From contig CAZPHS010000003.1 in NCBI GenBank assembly GCA_964586785.1, forward strand, positions 5,062 through 69,061: 64,000 nt of DNA, in the 5' to 3' direction. Below, one piece after another: positions 45,167 through 55,436 of this stretch. The translations under genes were made by a program, and so were the position numbers. Each line of letters opens with the position of its first letter. Position 1 is the first letter of the stretch. Origin of the DNA: an uncultured Christensenellaceae bacterium. GTDB lineage: Bacteria; Bacillota; Clostridia; Christensenellales; SZUA-584. Under the pieces are notes generated by a model. The model was given only the letters and a program-made list of their open reading frames with translations. It did not search any database and was not told where the DNA came from.

Positions 45167-46540
45167 ATGCATCTTACGCCTAAACAGATTGTAGACGAAC
45201 TTGACAAATACATAATAGGGCAGGAAAAAGCCAAAAAGGCGGTTGCCATAGCGCTTAGAAACAGATACCGCCGCCAAAGGCTGGGGCTTGAGATGCAGGA
45301 AGAGATAACCCCTAAAAACATAATAATGGTGGGGCCTACCGGCGTTGGAAAAACCGAGATAGCAAGAAGGCTTGCCAAACTGATGAAAGCGCCTTTCATA
45401 AAGGTTGAAGCCACCAAGTTTACCGAAGTGGGGTATGTGGGGCGCGATGTCGAGTCGATGATACGCGACCTTGTCGAAGCTTCTATACGCATGGTTAAAT
45501 CGTCGCGCAGGGAATCGGTGCTGGAGAAGGCGAAACAGATGGCGGAAGAGCGGCTGGCGGATATACTTGTGCCCGCCGGCAGAAAGGCTCCGCCGGCAAA
45601 TCCATTGCAGGCGCTTTTGGGGCAGGGACAAAACGTGCCGCAGGAATCCGACGAGGAAAAACAGCGCCGTATGACAAAGAAAGAAGAAACCCTCGCGCTT
45701 CTGCGGGCGGGGCGTTTGGACGATACGGCCATTGAGGTTGAGGTGGAAGATAACGCCTCGTTCGGCATAGAGATTGCGGGCATAGGCAGCGATATAAACA
45801 TAGGCGAGATGTTTTCGGGGATATTGCCTAAAAAAACAAAGAAACGCCGCGTTACCGTCGCCGAAGCCAAAAAGATATTTACGCAGGAAGAAGCTGACAA
45901 GCTTATCGATATGGACGAGGTTATAAGCACCGCCGTGGAACGCGCGGAGCAGGACGGTATTATTTTTTTGGACGAGATTGACAAAATAGCCGGCAAAAAC
46001 ATGGGGCAAGGCCCCGACGTATCCCGCGAGGGCGTGCAAAGGGATATTTTGCCTATAGTCGAGGGCAGCACGGTGGTCACCAAATACGGACCTGTTAAAA
46101 CGGATTACATGCTTTTTATAGCGGCGGGCGCTTTTCATGTCGCGAAAATATCGGATTTGATTCCCGAGCTTCAGGGGCGTTTCCCGATAAAAGTGGAATT
46201 GAAAAGCTTATCGTGCGAGGATTTGCGGCTTATACTGATACAGCCTAAAAACGCGCTTATAAAACAGTATCAGGCGCTTCTTGAGGCGGACAACGTGCGG
46301 CTTTTGTTTAAAGACGACGCTATAAACGAAATCGCGCGTTATGCCGTTATGGTAAACGAGACGACCGAAAACATAGGAGCGCGGCGGCTGCATACAATTA
46401 TCGAAAAGCTGCTTGAGGACGTATCATACAACGCGGGCGGAGACCATCCCGTAACCGATGTTGATATAGACGCCGAGTACGTAAAGGCGCACCTGAAGGA
46501 TCAGATAAAAGACAACGACTTAAACAAGCATATACTGTAG
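45167..46540 (+). CDS. hslU: ATP-dependent protease ATPase subunit HslU (ClpY)
   Basis: [34 protein letters not shown], Walker [26 protein letters not shown]. Confidence 0.95.
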   Translation: MHLTPKQIVDELDKYIIGQEKAKKAVAIALRNRYRRQRLGLEMQEEITPKNIIMVGPTGVGKTEIARRLAKLMKAPFIKVEATKFTEVGYVGRDVESMIRDLVEASIRMVKSSRRESVLEKAKQMAEERLADILVPAGRKAPPANPLQALLGQGQNVPQESDEEKQRRMTKKEETLALLRAGRLDDTAIEVEVEDNASFGIEIAGIGSDINIGEMFSGILPKKTKKRRVTVAEAKKIFTQEEADKLIDMDEVISTAVERAEQDGIIFLDEIDKIAGKNMGQGPDVSREGVQRDILPIVEGSTVVTKYGPVKTDYMLFIAAGAFHVAKISDLIPELQGRFPIKVELKSLSCEDLRLILIQPKNALIKQYQALLEADNVRLLFKDDAINEIARYAVMVNETTENIGARRLHTIIEKLLEDVSYNAGGDHPVTDVDIDAEYVKAHLKDQIKDNDLNKHIL

Positions 46541-46597
46541 AATAAGCCGCGGTCTTAACGCGCATAATAATGCTATACTTTTTATCGGAGCATTATT

Positions 46598-48943
46598 ATG
46601 AAAGCAATTGTTATGGCGGGCGGAGGGGGCAAACGCTTAAGGCCTTTAACGTGTACCGTTCCAAAACCGATGGTAAAGATACTGGACAGGCCGATGCTCG
46701 AATATACTCTCGAGCATCTTTTCGCGCACGGCATAAATTACGCCGCTATGACGCTTGGGTTTTTGCCGTCGGTTATAACGGATTATTTTGAGCGGCACAA
46801 AATAAACGGTATGCATATTTCTTATTATATAGAGGATTCTCCGCTGGGCACCGCGGGCGGGGTTAAAAACGCCGCCTCGTTTATAGACGGGACTTTTTTG
46901 GTTATAAGCGGCGACGCTCTTACCGATATAGATTTAACCAAAATGAAAAATGAGCATAAACAAAGCGGCGCTAAAGCCACCATCGCGCTTAAAAGAATGG
47001 GTAATCCGCGGGGCTACGGCGTTGTGATAACCGGCGGCGACGGCAATGTGGAGCGGTTTGTGGAAAAGCCCGGATGGGAGGACGTATTTTCCGACAAGAT
47101 AAATACGGGCATATACATGCTGGAGCCGGAAGTTTTGGATTTGATACCCGACAAGCGCTCGTTCGATTTCGCCAAAGATTTGTTCCCGCTTATGCTGGGC
47201 GAGGGCATGGCAATTTACGGTCATGTGACGGACGGTTACTGGTGCGACGTGGGCAGCGTTGAAAGCTATATACGCGTTCACGAGGATATGCTGCGCGGCA
47301 TGGTAAACGCGAATATTTCCGGCCGCAACATAAGCGGCATATGGGTTGGCGATAACGTGCGTCTTAGTGATACCGCGTTTATACAGCCGCCCGGGTTTAT
47401 AGGCGCGGGCGCTTCAATAGGAGACGGCGCGAGAATTGGGCGCTATAGCTGCATAGGCGCAAACGCCCATGTAGGCGCGTATTCCTCTTTATCCCATTGC
47501 GTGCTGCATGAGGGCGCGCGGGTGGGAAGGCACGCGAGGCTTAGCGGCTGCGTTGTGGCGGTCGGCGGCGCGGTGGGTGAGCGGTGCAGCGTGCGGGAGG
47601 AAGCCGTGGTGGGAGAGCGTTGCCGGCTGGGGCAGGGCAGCAGGGTTTCGCCGCGGGTACGCATATGGCCGGATAAAAGCATAGGGTTCGGCGCCCGCGC
47701 GAATGAAAACATAATGTACGGGTACGGCGAGAGGTCGGGCTTTTTCGGCAGCGACGGTTTCGCGGGAGATTTGGGTGTTGATTTAACGCCACTTAGGCTC
47801 TCGCGGCTGTTCGGGGCGGTTGCGGAGTATATGTCGGGCAAAACCGCGGCGGTAAGCGCGGAAGCTTCCGCGGTATGTGAAGCCGCCGGAAAGCTTGCCG
47901 CCGGAATGCTTACGTTAAGCGGCGCCGACGTGTTCACTTTTCGCGGCGCGCAGCGTCCGGTGCTGGCGCTTTGCGCGCATTCTCTGGGCGCGGGGCTTTG
48001 CGTAACTCTGCGCACACACAGAAACAGGCTGTACGCCGATGTATTCGAGCCGGATATTTTTATGTTAAGCAAAGCGGCTCGCGGAAAGATAGAGGAGAAA
48101 TATTTCAATCTCGGTGAGACGCTGGCAAACAGGGACTGCGGCGCGGAAACATCGGCGGGAGCCGCCGAGAACTTTTATATTAACGCCGTTGCCGAAAAAA
48201 TAGATTGGAGCGCGGCTAAGAGGGCCGGAACGCGCGTTGCCGTTTACGGCAGGCGCGGCGCGGACGATTTGCTCGCCCGCACTCTTTTATCGTGCGGCAT
48301 AGGCGCGGCGCGCTTAAGCGGCGGTAAGTACGAGCCGGAAGCCGATTTCGGCGTGCGCCTAAACAGGAACGGAACCGTTAATTCGCTTTTTACCCCCAAG
48401 GGGCGCGTTTTAAGCGCGGACGAGTGCCGCATCGTTTGGTATTACCTTATTTTCAGCGGATACAATAAAAACAGTATAAAGCTGCAAAGCGGCGTGCTGC
48501 GCGGTATAACCGCAATGGCGGACATTTTCGGCATAAGCTACGGCTTCGCGTCTGCCGAGGAATCGCTAAAAGAGCTTTCTTTAGACCAGCGGCGGTTGCT
48601 TTTCGACGGTATATTCGCCGTATGCCGGCTGGCGGAGCATATAGCGCGGACAGGCGCGTCGCTGGACGAGATTGCCGATATGATATCGCCGCCGCATGTA
48701 AGGGTTAAGGCGGTAAGGTGCGGCTTTGAGAACATAGGCCGCGTTATAAGCGAAATGTACGCGAAGGGCGGAGCGCACGCGAGCGAAGGGCTGCGCATTA
48801 ACCTTGATAAGGGCAGCGGCTATATATGCCCGCATTCGACGCGCCCGTCCATACTTATACGCACGGAAGCCGATACCGAAGAATTCGCCGAAGAGCTTTG
48901 CGCCGAATATACGGATATGGTGAAAAAGATAATCGAAAAATAA
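46598..48943 (+). CDS. sugar-1-phosphate nucleotidyltransferase (with left-handed beta-helix) fused to a phosphohexomutase-like C-terminal region
   Basis: N-terminal MKAIVMAGGGGKRLRPLTCTVPKPM NTP-transferase motif, hexapeptide repeats at ~250-350, then a ~400-aa PGM/PMM-like region. In that region the expected TASHNP loop reads TLRTHRN. Confidence 0.7.
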   Translation: MKAIVMAGGGGKRLRPLTCTVPKPMVKILDRPMLEYTLEHLFAHGINYAAMTLGFLPSVITDYFERHKINGMHISYYIEDSPLGTAGGVKNAASFIDGTFLVISGDALTDIDLTKMKNEHKQSGAKATIALKRMGNPRGYGVVITGGDGNVERFVEKPGWEDVFSDKINTGIYMLEPEVLDLIPDKRSFDFAKDLFPLMLGEGMAIYGHVTDGYWCDVGSVESYIRVHEDMLRGMVNANISGRNISGIWVGDNVRLSDTAFIQPPGFIGAGASIGDGARIGRYSCIGANAHVGAYSSLSHCVLHEGARVGRHARLSGCVVAVGGAVGERCSVREEAVVGERCRLGQGSRVSPRVRIWPDKSIGFGARANENIMYGYGERSGFFGSDGFAGDLGVDLTPLRLSRLFGAVAEYMSGKTAAVSAEASAVCEAAGKLAAGMLTLSGADVFTFRGAQRPVLALCAHSLGAGLCVTLRTHRNRLYADVFEPDIFMLSKAARGKIEEKYFNLGETLANRDCGAETSAGAAENFYINAVAEKIDWSAAKRAGTRVAVYGRRGADDLLARTLLSCGIGAARLSGGKYEPEADFGVRLNRNGTVNSLFTPKGRVLSADECRIVWYYLIFSGYNKNSIKLQSGVLRGITAMADIFGISYGFASAEESLKELSLDQRRLLFDGIFAVCRLAEHIARTGASLDEIADMISPPHVRVKAVRCGFENIGRVISEMYAKGGAHASEGLRINLDKGSGYICPHSTRPSILIRTEADTEEFAEELCAEYTDMVKKIIEK

Positions 48944-48987
48944 TACGACGATTGGAAATTTTTAAGGACCGCGCATATTTTAGCTTG

Positions 48988-49015
48988 AGCCGGATAAAGA
49001 CGCCGGCTTTTTTTG
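48988..49015 (+). terminator. rho-independent terminator
   Basis: AGCCGG-ATAAAGACG-CCGGCT followed by TTTTTTT. Confidence 0.75.
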
Positions 49016-49045
49016 TTCGCCGTTTTGCTTTTATGGTAATTATTT

Positions 49046-49076
49046 TTGCCTGAAGACGGCGTTTTTGTGGTATAAT
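49046..49076 (+). promoter_or_regulatory. candidate extended -10 promoter for rnj
   Basis: TTGCCT (49046-49051), 19 nt, with TGgTATAAT (49068-49076). About 85 nt of leader precede the TTG start. Confidence 0.5.
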
Positions 49077-49166
49077 AGATTGTCGTTTAGAAATCCGAAA
49101 GCTTACGGCAGAGAAATAAACATTTGTTTTTAATATACAATGCGTACATTAAGAGAGGAATAAGAT

Positions 49167-50831
49167 TTGTCGAAAAAACAACAGAATATAAGGATAATAC
49201 CGCTGGGCGGGGTTGGCGAGATAGGCAAAAACATGTGGGTTATAGAATACGCCGAGCAGATGCTGGTTGTAGACTGCGGTTTTTGTTTCCCGCGGGAAGA
49301 TATGCTCGGGGTAGATTATGTTATACCGGATATCACCTATTTAAGAAAAAATAAAGAGAAGATTAAAGCCGTTCTTATAACGCACGGCCATGAAGACCAT
49401 ATAGGAGCCACTCCGTATCTTCTGCCCGAATTGGGTGCGCCCGTATACGGCACCGATTTAACTTTGGCTCTTATAGAAACAAAACTCGCGGAACGCAAAA
49501 TAAATGGTGTGCAGTTTAATATTATAAAGCCGGGCGATAGCTTTTTGGCGGGCGCTTTTAAAATAGAAGCTATACGCGTAACGCACAGCATAGACGCGGC
49601 GCTTGGTTTTGCAATTCATACGCCCGCGGGCTCGATTGTGTATACGGGTGATTTCAAAGTGGACTATACCCCTGTTGACGGTAAAATTATTGATTTGGCC
49701 AAGTTCGCCAAGCTTGGGGAAAAGGGCGTGCTTGCGCTTTTATCAGACAGCACAAACGCCGAAAGCCCCGGGTTTACGATGTCGGAGAGCAGGGTTGGGG
49801 ATACTTTCGAGAGCTATTTTAAAAAAGCCTCGGGGCGCATAATAGTGGCGACGTTCGCGTCAAACATACATCGCTTGCAGCAGGTTGTCAGCGCGTCTAA
49901 GCGCTACGGCCGAAAGGTGTGCTTAACGGGGCGGAGCATGGAGAAAATCGCCAAGGTCGCAAAACAGCTTGGTTATCTTAATCTTGACGAGGATATACTT
50001 GTAGAGCCCGAAGAGCTTGAGAAACTGAAAAATAACAAAATAGCGATACTGACTACCGGCAGCCAGGGCGAGCCGATGTCCGGTCTTGTGCGCATGGCGG
50101 CGGGCGAGCATAAAAAGCTTGCCATGATTCCCGGGGACACCGTTATTATATCGGCTTCCCCCATACCCGGAAACGAACGCTATGTATCAGACGTTATAAA
50201 TATGCTGTACCGAAGGGGCGCGAATGTAATAAACGAAGGCATAGCCGACGTGCATGTTTCGGGGCACGCCTGCGAGGAAGAATTAAAGCTTATGCTCTCG
50301 CTTGTAAAGCCTAAATATTTCATACCCGTACACGGCGAATACAGGCATTTATATCGTCACGCGGCGCTCGCGGAAAGCCTTGGGATAAAGCAAAGCCGTA
50401 TTTTCATACCCGAGATTGGCAAAGTTATAGAAATAGGAAAAAAGTTTGCGTTGATGGGAGAGACGGTTCCGTCCGGAAGCGTTATAATAGACGGGTCGGG
50501 CGTCGGCGACGTCGGAAACGTTGTTCTGCGTGACAGGAAGCTGCTGTCTTCGGACGGGTTGTTTATTGTTGTGGTTTCGTTGTCCGCCGAAACGGGCGCG
50601 CTTATATCCGGTCCGGAGATAATATCGCGCGGCTTTGTGTATATGCGCGAATCCGCAGACCTTCTTGAAACCGCCCGAAATGTTGTTATAAGCGTTGTGG
50701 ACGAATGCGCGCAGAACAAGATTACGGAATGGACGACAATTAAAGGGCGCATAAAAAAGGCGCTTCGCGGCTTTCTGTACGAGAGCACAAAGCGCAATCC
50801 CATGATACTGCCTATAATAATAGACATATAA
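49167..50831 (+). CDS. rnj: ribonuclease J
   Basis: IRIIPLGGVGEIGKNM, metallo-beta-lactamase HGHEDHIG, beta-CASP and C-terminal domains. TTG start behind AGAGAGGA. Confidence 0.95.
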   Translation: MSKKQQNIRIIPLGGVGEIGKNMWVIEYAEQMLVVDCGFCFPREDMLGVDYVIPDITYLRKNKEKIKAVLITHGHEDHIGATPYLLPELGAPVYGTDLTLALIETKLAERKINGVQFNIIKPGDSFLAGAFKIEAIRVTHSIDAALGFAIHTPAGSIVYTGDFKVDYTPVDGKIIDLAKFAKLGEKGVLALLSDSTNAESPGFTMSESRVGDTFESYFKKASGRIIVATFASNIHRLQQVVSASKRYGRKVCLTGRSMEKIAKVAKQLGYLNLDEDILVEPEELEKLKNNKIAILTTGSQGEPMSGLVRMAAGEHKKLAMIPGDTVIISASPIPGNERYVSDVINMLYRRGANVINEGIADVHVSGHACEEELKLMLSLVKPKYFIPVHGEYRHLYRHAALAESLGIKQSRIFIPEIGKVIEIGKKFALMGETVPSGSVIIDGSGVGDVGNVVLRDRKLLSSDGLFIVVVSLSAETGALISGPEIISRGFVYMRESADLLETARNVVISVVDECAQNKITEWTTIKGRIKKALRGFLYESTKRNPMILPIIIDI

Positions 50832-50861
50832 AGCACTATATATTTGGAAGGAGTATAGTTT

Positions 50862-51209
50862 ATGCTGGTATACGATAAGGCGCATGAGCTCGCGGACGAA
50901 CTTAAAAAATGTCCTGAGTACAGTGAATATAAAAGGCTCAAGGATACGGTAACATCCGACGAGAAAACAAAAGCGCTGCTTGCGGACTATAAAAAGCTTC
51001 AGCTTGAGGCGCAGGCGGGATATATCTCCGGCAATCAGATGTCTGAGGAAACAATGGACAAGTTAAAAAAACTTGGTGAAGTGCTCGCTTTTAATAAGGA
51101 CGTGACGGATTTTTTTGCCGCGGAATACCGCTTTCAAACTTTGGTCGCGGACATATACAAGATACTCGGGGACGCGTGCGACTTGGGGTTTGATCTGTTC
51201 CCGGAATAA
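50862..51209 (+). CDS. YlbF/YmcA-family (UPF0342) regulatory protein
   Basis: Small helical protein with AHELADELKKCPEYSEYKRLKDTV...LLADYKKLQ, matching the YlbF-like pattern. Confidence 0.6.
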   Translation: MLVYDKAHELADELKKCPEYSEYKRLKDTVTSDEKTKALLADYKKLQLEAQAGYISGNQMSEETMDKLKKLGEVLAFNKDVTDFFAAEYRFQTLVADIYKILGDACDLGFDLFPE

Positions 51210-51219
51210 GGAAAACATT

Positions 51220-52455
51220 ATGGCTAAAGACAATAACAACTATATAGACGATATAGGTTCCAATACGCGCACTTTTTCGCTGAACGGTTCCGCAAACGAG
51301 CCGCTTGAGAAATGCGAGGAGCGCGAATCGTTAAAGGAGATGCCTGCCGGAATAATGGCGTGGCGCGTAACGCGCCCTTTGCTTATTTTGCTGGCAAGCG
51401 TTTTTCTGGTCGCGGCTTTGGGCGTTTTTGTTTACAACTATATAGAACAAAATTATTTGCTTCCGGTATCGGGCGACACCGCCGTCAAACGTATTGAGAT
51501 AAGGGCGGGCTCGTCTCTTTCCAAGATTGCTATGCTGCTTTACGAGGAAGGCATTATACGCAACAAATTTGTATTTCAGCTTTATGTCGATTTGAACGAT
51601 ATGTCGTCAAGCCTAAAGGCGGGGCGTTACGATTTGTCTCCAAGCATGACTATGGAACAAATTGCCGCCATATTAAAAGAGGGCGACGGGGGGCGCAAAA
51701 CAAAAACGGTCACTTTTACCGAGGGCTCGTCCGTGGAGATAATAGCTTCAAGGCTGGTTGCCGCCGAGATATTTGACGAGCAAAGGCGCGGCGAGTTCCT
51801 TGCGTTATGCAACGACGCCGAGGCTTTCTCCGACTATGATTTTATATCTAAGCTTGCCGATGAGGCGGCGGACGGGCGCAAATATCTGCTTGAAGGATAC
51901 CTGTTTCCAGACACATACGAATTTTATATTGACGCGGAGCCCAAGGATATAATAAGGAGGCTTCTTAACCAGTTCGACAATGTGTTTACCGTTACTTTTG
52001 AAGACAGGGCAAAAGAGCTTGGCTTGAGCGTAAACGAAGCGGTGACTCTCGCGTCCATAGTCGAGTGGGAAGCGCTGCCTAAGGATTATAAAAAAGTGTC
52101 GTCGGTGTTCTACAACCGCATAAAGGATAAGATGCGCCTTGATTCGTGCGCTACTCTGGCTTATGTGACGGGAGAAAGAAAGCTGCAGTATACGGCGGAG
52201 GAGCGCGGTATGGATTCCCCGTACAACACATATAAGCTGACGGGGCTGCCTATAGGTCCGGTGGGAAATCCGGGCCAGAAGGCTATTGAAGCGGCTCTGT
52301 ATCCGGACGATGAATATATAAAAGAAGGGTATCTGTATTTTTGCAATAAAGACCCCGAAACCGGCGAGCTCGCGTTCGCGAAAACATTAAAAGAGCACGA
52401 TAAAAACGTGGAAAAATATTCGCCTCTTTGGAATAACACTAATGGCAAAGATTGA
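51220..52455 (+). CDS. mltG: endolytic murein transglycosylase MltG (YceG-like)
   Basis: N-terminal TM helix, LysM-like segment, then YceG core (GYLFPDTYEF, ASIVEWEA, NTYKLTGLPIGPVGNPG). I start at the ATG at 51220. Confidence 0.85.
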   Translation: MAKDNNNYIDDIGSNTRTFSLNGSANEPLEKCEERESLKEMPAGIMAWRVTRPLLILLASVFLVAALGVFVYNYIEQNYLLPVSGDTAVKRIEIRAGSSLSKIAMLLYEEGIIRNKFVFQLYVDLNDMSSSLKAGRYDLSPSMTMEQIAAILKEGDGGRKTKTVTFTEGSSVEIIASRLVAAEIFDEQRRGEFLALCNDAEAFSDYDFISKLADEAADGRKYLLEGYLFPDTYEFYIDAEPKDIIRRLLNQFDNVFTVTFEDRAKELGLSVNEAVTLASIVEWEALPKDYKKVSSVFYNRIKDKMRLDSCATLAYVTGERKLQYTAEERGMDSPYNTYKLTGLPIGPVGNPGQKAIEAALYPDDEYIKEGYLYFCNKDPETGELAFAKTLKEHDKNVEKYSPLWNNTNGKD

Positions 52456-53656
52456 GCTGCTTGCTCCGGCGGGCGGCCTTGAAAGCCTGCGCGCCGCCTC
52501 CGATTTCGGCGCGGACGCCGTTTACGCGGCGGGCAAGGCGTACGGTATGCGCGCCTTTGCGGAAAACTTTACGCGGGACGGCATAAAACGGGCGGCGGAT
52601 TTGCTGCACGGCGCAGGCAAAAAACTCTACGTTGCGCTTAACGCCGTATTTCATCAAAACGATTTTTTGGGGCTTGACGAGTATATAGCTTTTCTTGGGG
52701 AAGCGGGAGCGGACGCTTTTATAATATCAGACCCGGGGGTGCTTCGCGCCGCGAAACGGGCGGCGCCCGGCGTGCCCGTCCATATAAGCACTCAGCAAAG
52801 CACAAGCAATTCCCACAGCGCGAATTTCTGGCACGAAAACGGCGCGAGCCGCGTTATATTGGCGCGTGAATTATCTCTTGACGATATTGCCGATATACGC
52901 GCAAAAACGCCCAAAGCCCTTGAGCTTGAAGCTTTTGTTCACGGCGCTATGTGCGTCGCGTATTCGGGAAGGTGCCTTCTAAGCGGCGTTTTAACGGGGC
53001 GCAGCGGAAACAAAGGCGAATGCGCGCAGCCTTGCCGGTGGAAATACTATTTATACGAAAAAGGCTGTGAAGGGGAGTATCTTCCTGTTTATTCCGACGA
53101 TAAGGGCACATATGTGCTTAACTCCAAGGATTTATGCATGATTGAACACTTGAAAAAGATTATTGACGCCGGTGTCACCTCGCTTAAAATTGAGGGAAGG
53201 ATGAAATCGGCGTATTATGTCGCCTGCGTAACGCGCGCTTACAGAAAGGCGCTTGACGATGTCATTGCGGATATTCCCTTCGACGAAAGCCTTCTTGACG
53301 AGGTAAGCAAGGCGGGCAGCCGCTCCTTTACAACCGGCTTTTATTTCGGCAATCCGCGTGAATGCGGCCAAGACGCCAAGCTGGGTACGGCGGTGCGCAC
53401 GCACGATTTTGTCGGCGTGGTAAAACAGCCTTCGGACGGCGAAGGATGGGCGCTTGTGCAGCAGCGCGGCAAGTTCTGTACGGGAGACATTTTAGAGGCG
53501 CTCTCGCCCGGCGGTTGCGGCGGCTTTGTTGTTTCCGGCATACGCTCAAAGACGGGGGAGCCGAGGGAGAGCGCGCCGCATCCCATGGAGGCCGTTTATA
53601 TAAACTGCGATTATAATCTTTCGGCGGGCGATATGCTGCGCAAGAAGAACGAATAA
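52442..53656 (+). CDS. peptidase U32 family protein
   Basis: MAKIELLAPAGGLESLRAA, EAFVHGAMCVAYSGRCLLS and the U32 Cys-rich signature. Confidence 0.85.
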   Translation: MAKIELLAPAGGLESLRAASDFGADAVYAAGKAYGMRAFAENFTRDGIKRAADLLHGAGKKLYVALNAVFHQNDFLGLDEYIAFLGEAGADAFIISDPGVLRAAKRAAPGVPVHISTQQSTSNSHSANFWHENGASRVILARELSLDDIADIRAKTPKALELEAFVHGAMCVAYSGRCLLSGVLTGRSGNKGECAQPCRWKYYLYEKGCEGEYLPVYSDDKGTYVLNSKDLCMIEHLKKIIDAGVTSLKIEGRMKSAYYVACVTRAYRKALDDVIADIPFDESLLDEVSKAGSRSFTTGFYFGNPRECGQDAKLGTAVRTHDFVGVVKQPSDGEGWALVQQRGKFCTGDILEALSPGGCGGFVVSGIRSKTGEPRESAPHPMEAVYINCDYNLSAGDMLRKKNE

Positions 53657-53697
53657 CAAATCAAACATTTGCGGCGTACCGCGAAGGAGCATATTTT

Positions 53698-54249
53698 ATG
53701 AGCAAGCACAGGGATTATATACAGACTTATACTAAAAAAGTTTTTGACCCGTTTAATATTTGCGCGGAAGATATAAATATTGAGGATATAGCGCACTCGC
53801 TTTCAATGACAGTTCGCGCCAACGGTCATATTAAACATTTTTATTCCGTCGCGCAGCACGCTATAGATTGCGTCAACGAGGCGAAAGCAAGAAAACTAAG
53901 CCGCAGGATTGCGCTGACTTGCCTGCTTCATGACGCGTCCGAATGCTATATAGCGGATATACCGCGTCCGGTAAAGCACCGTTTAAACGGTTACGCGCGC
54001 ATAGAGGAAAAGATAAGCGAGGCTGTTTTTTTGGCGTTCGGAGCGGGCAATCTGACGGAAGAAGAGCGGCGCGAAGTAGCCGATATAGACGACGCGCTGC
54101 TGTATCACGAGTTTCTCGCTCTTGCCGGTTTGGCGCTTTTCGAACCCGCCCCAAGGCTTTTTGGCGCTCACAGCTTTGAATACGAAGAGATGCGCGACGT
54201 TAAAGCAAAATTCATTGATATATTTACACAGCTTACAAAAGCCGAATAA
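53698..54249 (+). CDS. HD-domain phosphohydrolase
   Basis: HS...VAQH...LLHDASE...D pattern (H...HD...D metal ligands). Confidence 0.7.
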   Translation: MSKHRDYIQTYTKKVFDPFNICAEDINIEDIAHSLSMTVRANGHIKHFYSVAQHAIDCVNEAKARKLSRRIALTCLLHDASECYIADIPRPVKHRLNGYARIEEKISEAVFLAFGAGNLTEEERREVADIDDALLYHEFLALAGLALFEPAPRLFGAHSFEYEEMRDVKAKFIDIFTQLTKAE

Positions 54250-54275
54250 ATATTAAACGGCTGTGAGTATTTCGC

Positions 54276-54737
54276 TCACAGATCAGCCAGCGTAAGCGCC
54301 CAGTTCGCGGCGCGTTTAAGTTCGCCTTCAGCGAGAGGACCTTCGTTTGCGGTAACATAGAAACCTTCGGGCGGGGCGGCGAGCTTAACGCCTTTTTTTA
54401 GCAGCAGCTTTTGAATATAACCGGAGGCGTAACCGAAACGCCCGGCCATCTTCTTTAAAAACTTTGAATCTATGGTATTGATATCAATGCGCGTATCAAA
54501 AGCGGCGGCGCTTATGCCCGTAAGCTTTTTTGCGGGCAGTTTTTTTATCCACGCCGTTACGGCGGGCGTCGGCCTGAAGGCGCGGGTGGGGGAACCGATA
54601 ATAAGCAAGCCGGCGTCAAGCCGGTCCGCGTCATTATCCGTAATACGCATGGGCGCGGCTCCTATGGCGTCGGCGATAAACAAAGCGAGCTTCTCTGTGT
54701 TGCCGAACACGGAATCATACAAAACTACTGTTTTCAT
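54276..54737 (-). CDS. flavodoxin-family protein
   Basis: MKTVVLYDSVFGNTEKLA FMN-phosphate loop (S/T-x-x-G-N-T) and IIGSPTR. Confidence 0.8.
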   Translation of the reverse strand: MKTVVLYDSVFGNTEKLALFIADAIGAAPMRITDNDADRLDAGLLIIGSPTRAFRPTPAVTAWIKKLPAKKLTGISAAAFDTRIDINTIDSKFLKKMAGRFGYASGYIQKLLLKKGVKLAAPPEGFYVTANEGPLAEGELKRAANWALTLADL

Positions 54738-54950
54738 AACGCAAAGGCTCCCTATTGAATTATATGGAATGATTATATCAGATTTTTATATATTGCAATA
54801 GTCGTGTATAAAAGATTTGAATCAGGGCATAATGGAATACTTGAGGGTATTATTTACTTTTTTGGACTTTGCATTAAAAACACACTATTTAGATGTTTTC
54901 ATATTATAAAATATAACGCCCGCGCAAGGGCGATATCAAGGAGAAACAAA

Positions 54951-55142
54951 ATGAAGTATGAAGATTATCCCGATATGGCCGCAATGGCAAAGGTTTGCGT
55001 GCCATGGGAACAGGTGATAAGCGACGTGATGCTCGCGCGCGCGTATGTGCCGTGGCAGAAACTATGCGAGACATATAAGCCTATGCGGTCATTAAAAGCG
55101 GGTACGGCGTTCCCCGAGCTTTTTATGCCGTATTCCGGCTGA
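54951..55142 (+). CDS. cotJA: spore coat-associated protein CotJA
   Basis: ARAYVPWQKLCETYKPMRSLKAGTAFPELFMPY. The ATG at 54951 follows AAGGAGA. The ORF-track start at 54804 is rejected. Confidence 0.85.
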   Translation: MKYEDYPDMAAMAKVCVPWEQVISDVMLARAYVPWQKLCETYKPMRSLKAGTAFPELFMPYSG

Positions 55143-55160
55143 ATCTTAAGGAGCAGTGAC

Positions 55161-55436
55161 ATGAACAAAGAGGAAATGTTAAGAGAGCTTACGGCAATGG
55201 ATTTTTACACGGTAGACCTGCAGTTGTATTTGAACACCCATCCGAACGACCGCGAGGCGCTGGCCAAATACAACGCGGTGGCGGAAAAGGCAAACGCGCT
55301 GCGGAGGGAATACGAGACGATGTTCGGGCCGCTCAATTCGTTCCGCTCCACAAGCAAATATCCGTGGCAATGGATAGACGATCCATGGCCGTGGCAGTAT
55401 CAATTTAATTTTAATTTGACGGGGGATGATAAATAA
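55161..55436 (+). CDS. cotJB: spore coat protein CotJB
   Basis: LRELTAMDFYTVDLQLYLNTHPNDREALAKYN. Confidence 0.9.
   Translation: MNKEEMLRELTAMDFYTVDLQLYLNTHPNDREALAKYNAVAEKANALRREYETMFGPLNSFRSTSKYPWQWIDDPWPWQYQFNFNLTGDDK

Noticed and set aside
45073-46138. Two ~336-aa minus-strand ORFs antisense to hslU. Similar long antisense ORFs occur at 16018-16695, 26524-27264, 47443-48108, 34474-35157 and 36362-36973.
   Set aside because: Each lies fully antisense to a gene with strong family motifs. Their products are low-complexity (Ser/Pro/Arg/Ala-rich) with no recognisable motifs and no RBS. This is typical of shadow ORFs in GC-rich coding DNA.
54738-54950. A sigma-E/sigma-K type sporulation promoter upstream of cotJA (CATAATGG-like string near 54826).
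   Set aside because: The match to the sporulation sigma consensus is too weak to call by eye without a scoring matrix.
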